Notes under the pieces: model-generated
Database searches by the model: none
What the model was told of the DNA's origin: nothing
The model's input: the letters and a program-made list of their open reading frames with translations, nothing else
Virus record (IMG/VR): IMGVR_UViG_3300049142_000025
Span: 1 to 46,347 of that record
Length of the DNA: 46,347 bases
Reading direction: 5' to 3' (one strand)
Source of the DNA: a virus
Lineage: Duplodnaviria > Caudoviricetes
Made by a program: the position numbers and the translations under genes
Shown: piece by piece, positions 8,079-14,881 of the stretch
How the letters are laid out: each line of letters begins with the position of its first letter
How positions within the stretch are numbered: the stretch's first letter is position 1

Positions 8079-9967
8079 AGATCCACGTGTCTGGTGAGAA
8101 CGCCGCCCCCGCCGTCGTCGTCGACGGCCGCAAAGGCGTCGTCATCGAAGCCGCCGTCGGCCCCGTCTCCTCCGTCAACGGGCGTGCAGGAGCCGTCACC
8201 GGCCTCGCTGAAACCGCCGACATTCCCGCCCTCGCCGCTGCCGCAGCCGGGCCCGTCGCCGCAGCAGCCGTCGCCACGCATGTTGCCGCCACCGACCCCC
8301 ACGGCGACCGCGCCTACGCCGACAGCATCATCCCCATCGACTGGATCAACGTCGCCAAAGCCCCCTACAACGCCGTCGGCAACGGCACCGCCAACGACAA
8401 GACCGCCATCCAGGCGGCCATCAACGCGGCCCCGAAGGGCGGCGTCGTCTACCTGCCCGCCAAGCAATACGGGCTGGGCAGCAAGCTGACGATCCCGCCT
8501 TACGTGACCGTGCACGGGCCGCTCGCCGACCGGGACGGCCAAGGCGACGACTCAGCCTGCCTACTCCCGCTCGCCGGGTTCACTGACACCACCGTCATTG
8601 AACTCGTCGACCAGGCCACAGGCGGTTACGCCACCGCCAACCGGGATGTCACCCTCGTCAACGTCACCATCGACGGGCGTCTGCTGACCAGCGAAACGGT
8701 ACAGGGCATCCGGGCGACCGGCTTCGTCCACGGCGTCAGCCTGCGGGATGTTTCCATCCACAAGGTGACCGGGCACGCCATCAACCTCGGCACCGGCGGC
8801 TCCGGCAACCCGTACAGCTGGTACATGGAAAACGTGCAGATCAGCGGCTCCGGCAGCGTCACCACGTGGGACGGCTTCCACCTGATCGGCACCGACCATC
8901 AGCTCGTCAACTGCCGTGCCCTCGGCGTGCGCGGGCACGGCTACTACCTCAACGGCTGCGCCAACACCCAGCTCGTAGCGTGCCGCAGCGAGTGGTCTGC
9001 CCTGTCCGGCTACTACATCACCGGCAGCTACGGCACCGGCAACGGTTCCGGCGGCCTGCAGATGGCGAGCTGCTCCACCGACCGGAACTCCAGCTACGGC
9101 GTCCTCATCGACTCCACCGGCAATCCGCCCGTCCTGATCACTGGGCTGATGGCCCGCCGTGACGGGCGCAACGGATTCCCCGGGACCGGCGGCGGCAGCT
9201 TCGCGGCACTGCGTGGAACGGGCGCAACAACGCCGATCATCGTGCACGGCATGATCTGCTACCCCGGCGTCGGTGACGACGGCCTCGGCGTCAACAGCCC
9301 CGAGCGCGGCGTCAGCTTCGTGTCCTGCAGCTACGTGTCCGTCGAAGCGTCCTACCTGCACGCCGACACCACCCCCTTCCACGACGGCGGCAGCAACACC
9401 GCCCTCTACCGGGGTGTCGTCGTCGGCACGGCCACCGGCACCACCGCCTCGCCGACACGCTCCCTCGTCGGCGCTGGCAACCTGCCTGGCCCGATCACGC
9501 TCACGCAGGGTGGCTACCTGACCGTGCGCGGCGCCAGCACCAACACATTCCTCAACGCGCAGGTCACCGGCGACACCCAAAACCGGTACAACGTCACCGC
9601 TGCGGGGACGCAGGCATGGGGATCCGGCTCCGCCACGGCGGACATCACCCTGGCCCGCGGAGCCGCCAATCGGCTAGATCTGACCACCGCGGACCTCCGC
9701 ATCGCCACCGCAGGCCGGGGTCTCCTCGTCGCCGAAGGCACCAACGCCAAGATGGGTACGGCCACCCTCAACGGCACGACCGCGGTCACCGTGACCACCA
9801 CGGCGGTCACGGCGAACAGCCGGATCCTTCTGACGATCAACACACCCGGCGGCACACCGGCCAGTCCCTACGTGTTCACCCGCACAGCGGGCACCTCATT
9901 CCAGATCAAGTCGACCGGCGCATCCGACACGTCCGTCGTCGCCTGGCTGATCGTCGAACCCGCGTAA
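8075..9967 (+). CDS. tailspike/depolymerase with pectate-lyase-3-like right-handed beta-helix
   Basis: WINVAKAPYNAVGNGTANDKTAIQAAINAA...GGVVYLP motif followed by beta-helix repeats. Confidence 0.85.
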   Translation: MKIHVSGENAAPAVVVDGRKGVVIEAAVGPVSSVNGRAGAVTGLAETADIPALAAAAAGPVAAAAVATHVAATDPHGDRAYADSIIPIDWINVAKAPYNAVGNGTANDKTAIQAAINAAPKGGVVYLPAKQYGLGSKLTIPPYVTVHGPLADRDGQGDDSACLLPLAGFTDTTVIELVDQATGGYATANRDVTLVNVTIDGRLLTSETVQGIRATGFVHGVSLRDVSIHKVTGHAINLGTGGSGNPYSWYMENVQISGSGSVTTWDGFHLIGTDHQLVNCRALGVRGHGYYLNGCANTQLVACRSEWSALSGYYITGSYGTGNGSGGLQMASCSTDRNSSYGVLIDSTGNPPVLITGLMARRDGRNGFPGTGGGSFAALRGTGATTPIIVHGMICYPGVGDDGLGVNSPERGVSFVSCSYVSVEASYLHADTTPFHDGGSNTALYRGVVVGTATGTTASPTRSLVGAGNLPGPITLTQGGYLTVRGASTNTFLNAQVTGDTQNRYNVTAAGTQAWGSGSATADITLARGAANRLDLTTADLRIATAGRGLLVAEGTNAKMGTATLNGTTAVTVTTTAVTANSRILLTINTPGGTPASPYVFTRTAGTSFQIKSTGASDTSVVAWLIVEPA

Positions 9968-9979
9968 GGAGCCCGCGCC

Positions 9980-10126
9980 ATGGATCTCCACGACTGGATC
10001 ACCCAGCAAGTCGACTGCGTCCATAACACCGTCGGCAACCAGTTCACGCTCAAGCTCGGCGACAAGGACCTCAACAGCATCGTCACCGAGACGATGCGCC
10101 ACGATCCGCAGGCAGGCCTGCAGTGA
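9980..10126 (+). CDS. short ORF, possible truncated DUF6221-like remnant
   Basis: AAGGAG RBS; MDLHDWITQQVD...; 48 aa; GTGA overlap with the next gene. Confidence 0.45.
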   Translation: MDLHDWITQQVDCVHNTVGNQFTLKLGDKDLNSIVTETMRHDPQAGLQ

Positions 10127-10434
10127 GCGGGGGCAGCTACAACTACCTCTTCACCGCCCAAGACCTCGAAGACCTCCAAGCCCGGCGCCACGACCTCGAA
10201 GAGATGGCGAACCGGCTCGCCGGACTCGGCTACGCCCAAGACGCCGCACGCGAGACCGAGGAACTCCTCGTCCTCTTCCGCCAGTGGGAAACCCGCGCAG
10301 CCGTCCGCATGCGGCGCCTCACCGACGTCTGGCACGCCGTCGAATGGTGGGACTCCAACGACAGCAGCGAAGACCGCGTCCACCAAGCCCTCGCTACATA
10401 CCGAGGCGACACGGAAGGGACACCGGCGCCGTGA
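10123..10434 (+). CDS. hypothetical phage protein
   Basis: MSGGSYNYL...VWHAVEWWDS; translationally coupled on both sides. Confidence 0.75.
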   Translation: MSGGSYNYLFTAQDLEDLQARRHDLEEMANRLAGLGYAQDAARETEELLVLFRQWETRAAVRMRRLTDVWHAVEWWDSNDSSEDRVHQALATYRGDTEGTPAP

Positions 10435-10727
10435 GCGGCGGCTGGAAGAACTCGGACCGCAAGAGCCGGCTGCCATCGAACTGGTCGACCATCCGTGCCA
10501 AGGTGCTCGCCCGCGATCCGATCTGCAAGATCTGCGACGTGCGGCCCGCGACCCACTGCGACCACATCGAAGCCAAGACCGACGCCCACGCAGAGGACAA
10601 ACTCCAAGGCGTGTGCGCCACCTGCCACGGGCTGAAGAGCAGCCGCGAGGGCAACGAGGCGCAGCGCGCCAACCCCCGGCCCGGACGCACACGGCCGAGT
10701 GAACCGCACCCCGGACTGAAGGAGTAG
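10431..10727 (+). CDS. packaging-associated HNH endonuclease
   Basis: RAKVLARDPICKIC..ATHCDHI..LQGVCATCHGLKS; lies upstream of the terminase. Confidence 0.85.
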   Translation: MSGGWKNSDRKSRLPSNWSTIRAKVLARDPICKICDVRPATHCDHIEAKTDAHAEDKLQGVCATCHGLKSSREGNEAQRANPRPGRTRPSEPHPGLKE

Positions 10728-10729
10728 CC

Positions 10730-10978
10730 GTGCTGACCTTCCCCATCAACGTGGCTCCCGGTGAAGACCCGGAAGAGGCCGCCCGCGAGCACATCCTCTG
10801 GCGCGCCCACATCGCCCAGGTCCACCTGACCCGGCCGATCCAACTCTCCGTCACCCGCATCACCGACGGAACCCGGCAACTCGCCAACCTCATGGGCCTG
10901 GAAGACAACCTCACCGAGGTCTACCGAGTCGACGCCAAAACCAACGACTGCCCAGGCGACCACACCCCCGGCTTCTGA
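10730..10978 (+). CDS. hypothetical protein
   Basis: AAGGAG RBS, operon-like spacing. Confidence 0.6.
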   Translation: MLTFPINVAPGEDPEEAAREHILWRAHIAQVHLTRPIQLSVTRITDGTRQLANLMGLEDNLTEVYRVDAKTNDCPGDHTPGF

Positions 10979-11191
10979 ATGCCGGCCTACCTCATCGTCC
11001 ACGCCGAACGCCGCGGCGACGACACCCTCCTCGAAGACAACCAGCTCACCCTCGAACTCGCCGACGGATGGGCCATCTTCCACGACGCTGCCGGCACCTG
11101 CTACGCCGTACCCCGCGAGCAAGTCCGCAGCATCATGCGGGTAGACGAAGGCCAGGACACCCAACCAGAGCCCGCGCCGCAGAAGGAGTGA
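10979..11191 (+). CDS. hypothetical protein
   Basis: Abuts the upstream stop; GC3-rich. Confidence 0.65.
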   Translation: MPAYLIVHAERRGDDTLLEDNQLTLELADGWAIFHDAAGTCYAVPREQVRSIMRVDEGQDTQPEPAPQKE

Positions 11192-11451
11192 TGGCTGTGG
11201 CCAGCAAAGGACGCGGCAGCCGAAGCCGGCGCGGCAACGCGCAGACTCTGCGGAACTATTGGACGACGGGCCCCGGTGCGGCCAAGATCAAATGGGGGAC
11301 GGCTGGCGACTACAGCCGGTGCGTCCGGGCCGTGTCGAAATACCTCGGAAGTCGGGCCCGAGGTTACTGCGCGTTGAGGCACAAGGCTGCTACGGGAATG
11401 TGGACTTCGCAACACGCAAAAGCTCTTCGCGGTGGTCGGAATAGCCGATAA
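11191..11451 (+). CDS. small basic phage protein
   Basis: TGATG overlap, AAGGAG RBS; LRNYWTTGPGAAKIKWGTAGDYSRCV motif recalled from actinophage proteins. Confidence 0.7.
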   Translation: MAVASKGRGSRSRRGNAQTLRNYWTTGPGAAKIKWGTAGDYSRCVRAVSKYLGSRARGYCALRHKAATGMWTSQHAKALRGGRNSR

Positions 11452-11465
11452 CTCGCGTAATTCCA

Positions 11466-11547
11466 GGTAGAATTGGGGTGACCCAAAAGCCCCGGCGACT
11501 GCGGTAACAGTCCCGGGGTGTGGCCAACCTGGTGAAAGCAGGATGAC
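11466..11547 (+). promoter_or_regulatory. TAGAAT -10 box + conserved structured leader (copy B)
   Basis: GGTAGAATTGGGG...CCCCGGCGA-CTG..CAG-TCCCGGGG..TGGCC..GAC-GTG. Confidence 0.6.
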
Positions 11548-12339
11548 GTGAGTAAGCGTACATGTTCAATCGAGGCGTGCGATGGGGTGCATCGTGCCCG
11601 AGGGTGGTGCTCCAAGCACTATCAGCGCTGGAAGGCGTTCGGTGACCCGATGGTCGAGCGCAAGCCTCGCGTTGCGCCTGAGCGGGGCTGCTCCATCGAG
11701 GCGTGCACTCGGGTGCACCGTAGCCTCGGACTGTGCAGCCCGCACTACACGCGCCTCCGCAAGTATGGCGATCCGCTAGCTGTAGCCGAACCCAAGCCGG
11801 TTAGGCATTGCGGCAAGACGGGGTGTAAGGAAGCGCACTACGCCAAGAACTTGTGCCGAGATCACTACCGCGAGCTTCGGCGGGCGACTCACGGCGACAT
11901 CGTTAAGGCGAGGCAGCGCGACTACTACCAGCGGAACCGAAAGGCTCGTCTGGAATACGCCCGGAAGTGGCGTGCGGAAAACCCGGACCGAATCAAAGCG
12001 CAGAACGAAGCATGGTCCAGGAGCCCACGCGGCCGAGCCCGCTCTCTCGCCCGCTCGCACGGACGCGAAATCGCCTACTGGTCCGCACCGGGAACCGTCC
12101 CGATCTACGAGGACTACATCCGTCTGCTCAAGGCCACAGCCTGCGCCTACTGCTCGACCAGTATCACCGTCACGAGCATGGCCATTGACCACGTCGTGCC
12201 GTGGTCGCGAGGTGGCAGTGCATCCATCGGCAACCTCGTTGCTTGCTGCCGCCCCTGCAACCAGTCCAAGAGCGACCTACTCCTTGTGGAGTGGCGCCTC
12301 GCTACTGGACACCCCGCACTCGTAGACGCCCGCTGCTGA
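11548..12339 (+). CDS. HNH endonuclease with three N-terminal CxxxxC..CxxHY Zn-finger repeats
   Basis: CSIEAC..WCSKHY x3; CAYC...IDHVVPWSRGG..IGNLVACCRPCNQSK. Confidence 0.9.
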   Translation: MSKRTCSIEACDGVHRARGWCSKHYQRWKAFGDPMVERKPRVAPERGCSIEACTRVHRSLGLCSPHYTRLRKYGDPLAVAEPKPVRHCGKTGCKEAHYAKNLCRDHYRELRRATHGDIVKARQRDYYQRNRKARLEYARKWRAENPDRIKAQNEAWSRSPRGRARSLARSHGREIAYWSAPGTVPIYEDYIRLLKATACAYCSTSITVTSMAIDHVVPWSRGGSASIGNLVACCRPCNQSKSDLLLVEWRLATGHPALVDARC

Positions 12340-12406
12340 TCCCGGCGGGAAGGCTGGCCCGAAGCACCCAGGGCCTCGGGCCAGCCGATCACCTGGGAGG
12401 AAACTC

Positions 12407-12979
12407 ATGGAGTTCCGCATAACGATCACCGGCACCGCCGAACTGCTCATGCATAGCGCCCGGTTGTCCAACCCACTCGACCCGGTCGCCAAGGCGATGA
12501 AGAAGGTCACCTCGAAGCGGTCGAAGACGGACGAGGACCACGAGGAGCTGGCCCGGCTGGAGCATGCGGGAAGCCTGTACCACGACGAAGAGGTCGGCCC
12601 GTACATTCCGGGCGAGAACATCCAGCGCTGCCTTGTCGACGCAGCGAAGGTCACCCGGGCGGGCGTGAAGGTGACGCGCGGAGTGTTCATCTCCACCGAC
12701 GTGAACCCGCTCGGGTACGCCGGCCCGCGTGACGTGAACGGGTTGTGGGCTGACGAGAACTTCCGGCACGTGGCGAGCGTGAAGGTGCAGCAGAATCGTG
12801 TGATGCGCTGCCGCCCGCGCTTCCGGCAGTGGAAGGTCGAGGCGGAGGGTCACCTTGACACGGCAGTGCTGTCGCTCGAAGAGCTGACGGAGATCGCCAA
12901 CACTGCCGGTGCGATGATCGGACTCGGCGACTATCGACCCCGGTTCGGCCGCTTCACCGCTGAGGTGATCAAGCTGTGA
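12407..12979 (+). CDS. solitary Cas7/RAMP-like RNA-binding protein (Vipr-like)
   Basis: GGAGG RBS; N-terminal beta-strand FRITITGTAELLMH; PYIPGENIQRCLVDAA resembles the RAMP IPGSSxKG helix; C-terminal Gly-rich loop GAMIGLGDYRPRFGRF; near a periodic array. Confidence 0.75.
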   Translation: MEFRITITGTAELLMHSARLSNPLDPVAKAMKKVTSKRSKTDEDHEELARLEHAGSLYHDEEVGPYIPGENIQRCLVDAAKVTRAGVKVTRGVFISTDVNPLGYAGPRDVNGLWADENFRHVASVKVQQNRVMRCRPRFRQWKVEAEGHLDTAVLSLEELTEIANTAGAMIGLGDYRPRFGRFTAEVIKL

Positions 12980-13515
12980 ACGCGTTCGAGCCTGCGGGTG
13001 ACGTCGCACGGTGGCGGATCATCTACGACGCATTGAAGCCGCTCGCCGTGGATGACGTGCTGACGTATGAGGATGCTGGGCGCCTGCTCGGTCTTGATCC
13101 CGAGGAGGATCGGTCCACGATTCAGGCAGCGATACGCCGCGCCTCTCGGACGTTCGAGCGGGCCGACAAGCACGCGCTCGTCGCGGTGGCCAATGTCGGT
13201 TATCGCGTGGTGCGTGCCGACGAGCACGTGGTCCTGGCGCGCGGTCAACAGCGGCGCGCGTCACGGGCTTTGGAGCGCGGGCATTCGAAGGTCGTGAACG
13301 TGGACCTGCGGGGCCTGTCGCCCGAGGTTCGCGCACTGACGGAAGCGACGGCACGGGCGTTCTCCATGCAGATGGACTTCAACCGCCGATTCGACGTCCG
13401 ACAGAACCGACTGGAATCCGTGGTCTCCGAGGTGTCGCAGCGAACCGACCGCAGCGAAGCAGAGATCGCCGAACTGAAAGCCCGGCTTGCCCGGCTTGAA
13501 GGCGACGCGGCGTAG
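12976..13515 (+). CDS. winged-helix + coiled-coil accessory protein
   Basis: GTGA overlap; LTYEDAGRLLG..IQAAIRRA..VANVGYRVV (wHTH-like wing); C-terminal heptads EIAELKARLARLE. Confidence 0.7.
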   Translation: MNAFEPAGDVARWRIIYDALKPLAVDDVLTYEDAGRLLGLDPEEDRSTIQAAIRRASRTFERADKHALVAVANVGYRVVRADEHVVLARGQQRRASRALERGHSKVVNVDLRGLSPEVRALTEATARAFSMQMDFNRRFDVRQNRLESVVSEVSQRTDRSEAEIAELKARLARLEGDAA

Positions 13516-13523
13516 ACTTCACA

Positions 13524-13851
13524 CGCCAGCCCTGGCGAGGCCAGTCCTGGCGTGGCTATTCGAGTCCGGGCCAGGCGCTTCATGGCGCGGCCGGGCGCGG
13601 CAACTCATGGTGGGGCGTCCTACGGGGCGCCCTCTGCCATGACAAGATGAATGGACCTGACCGGGCGTGGCAAGCCGAGGCATGGCGCGGCGCAACGCGG
13701 CCTGACCGGGCGTGGCACCGCTTGGTGGGGCACTCTACGGAGTGCCCTTTGCCATGACAGGATGAGCAACGCATGGTCGGGCGAGACTAGGTTGGGCCAG
13801 GCGCGCTGCGGCAAGGCAGGCCATGGAAGGGGCGTCTCACGAGACGTCCCT
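13524..13851 (+). ncRNA. array of three candidate guide-RNA units: (GGY-NN)n pentamer tract + YACG-loop hairpin
   Basis: Strict 5-nt period with a pyrimidine at position 3 (17, 14 and 12 pentamers); hairpin loops at 13621, 13736 and 13838 with compensatory stem changes; conserved linker GCCCTYTGCCATGACARGATGA. Confidence 0.8.
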
Positions 13852-13876
13852 CTCGCATATCCGAGGAGCGACGAAG

Positions 13877-14050
13877 GTGACCACGCTTCACGTGACGCCG
13901 CTGTGCGACCTTGTCGTCCACGACACCAGCACGGCCGAGCCCGACTGCGTGTGCGGACCTGAGGTCAGGCCGGCAGCGCAGGAGGATGGGTCGGTGGGCT
14001 GGCTGCTGGTGCACCACTCCCTTGATGGCAGGGAGCAGGCCGAGGGGTAG
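13877..14050 (+). CDS. hypothetical phage protein
   Basis: GAGGAG RBS, GTG; CVCGP...LLVHHSLDGRE. Confidence 0.65.
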   Translation: MTTLHVTPLCDLVVHDTSTAEPDCVCGPEVRPAAQEDGSVGWLLVHHSLDGREQAEG

Positions 14051-14079
14051 GGCAGGCCGGCAGGGCACGGGAGGTAGGC

Positions 14080-14256
14080 ATGGCAGCGGTCGGTGTGGTC
14101 CAGGTCCGCTGTCCGGAGTGCGACGTCGCAGTACCAATCGCGACGGAGATCGCTTTGGCGACGATCGAAGGCAACAAGCTGATCATGAACGTCGAGCCTG
14201 ACCTCACCGACGTGATCGCCCACGCCTGGACGCACGAGGAGCCGCCGGCTGTCTGA
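14080..14256 (+). CDS. small Zn-ribbon-like protein (58 aa, not in the ORF track)
   Basis: GGAGG RBS; MAAVGVVQVRCPECD...IAHAWTH. Confidence 0.6.
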   Translation: MAAVGVVQVRCPECDVAVPIATEIALATIEGNKLIMNVEPDLTDVIAHAWTHEEPPAV

Positions 14257-14400
14257 TCTGGTGGCGCAGCGATCACGCCTCTGACCTGGGGAGATGCCCC
14301 TGACCTGCGGTTATTCGGATCGGGGCCGTGTACGCGCTAAGGCCGTGCCTGGGTCTGGGAGATTTGGATCTTGAGTTCGAGCGGGCGGAGGTGAGCCATC

Positions 14401-14880
14401 GTGGCTGGCCGTGGCCCCGCGCCGAAGGACCCGAACCGGCGGGCTGGGCACAGCAAGGACCCGCACGCCCAGACGATCCTCCGCTTCGAGCAGGCCGAAC
14501 CGCCCGAGCTTCCGACCCTGTCGGTGCTGAAGGACGGCGAGCTGGTCGAGTACGCCTGGCCGGCGCGGACGCTGGACTGGTGGGAGATGTGGAAGGCGTC
14601 GCCTCAGGCAGAGCACTTCTCGTCGACCGACTGGGACTTCCTCCTGGACACCGCTGTCGTGCACGCCCGGCTGTGGTCGGGGGAGATGTCGGCTGCGGCC
14701 GAGCTCCGGTTGCGGGTGGCGAAGTTCGGCGCGACACCGGAGGACCGGGCCAGGCTGCGGATGCAGTTCGCGCAGGCCGATGAGGCGGACAGTAAGCGTC
14801 CCGAGGGTGGCCGTTCGGCGAGGGAGAGGCGCGGGGTCCTGCGGGCGCTGCCGCCGCCTGAGGAGTCGGCGGGGGGCTGA
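14401..14880 (+). CDS. terS: terminase small subunit
   Basis: MAGRGPAPK...ELRLRVAKFGATPEDRARLRM; directly upstream of TerL. Confidence 0.85.
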   Translation: MAGRGPAPKDPNRRAGHSKDPHAQTILRFEQAEPPELPTLSVLKDGELVEYAWPARTLDWWEMWKASPQAEHFSSTDWDFLLDTAVVHARLWSGEMSAAAELRLRVAKFGATPEDRARLRMQFAQADEADSKRPEGGRSARERRGVLRALPPPEESAGG

Positions 14881-14881
14881 G

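Noticed and set aside
4940-9967. Diversity-generating retroelement or shufflon acting on the fibre genes
   Set aside because: No reverse transcriptase, no TR/VR pair and no inverted cassettes seen.
13524-13851. Canonical CRISPR array
   Set aside because: No identical 25-40-bp repeats with unique spacers; the inter-hairpin tracts are themselves 5-nt periodic; no cas1/cas2 seen.
13580-13962. Short ORFs over the array (13580..13774 -, 13620..13814 -, 13651..13962 +)
   Set aside because: Low-complexity R/G/A/P translations produced by the pentamer period; no convincing RBS and no codon-like periodicity.
14046-14110. Possible fourth GGY-NN unit
   Set aside because: The register breaks repeatedly, there is no YACG hairpin, and it overlaps an RBS and a CDS start.
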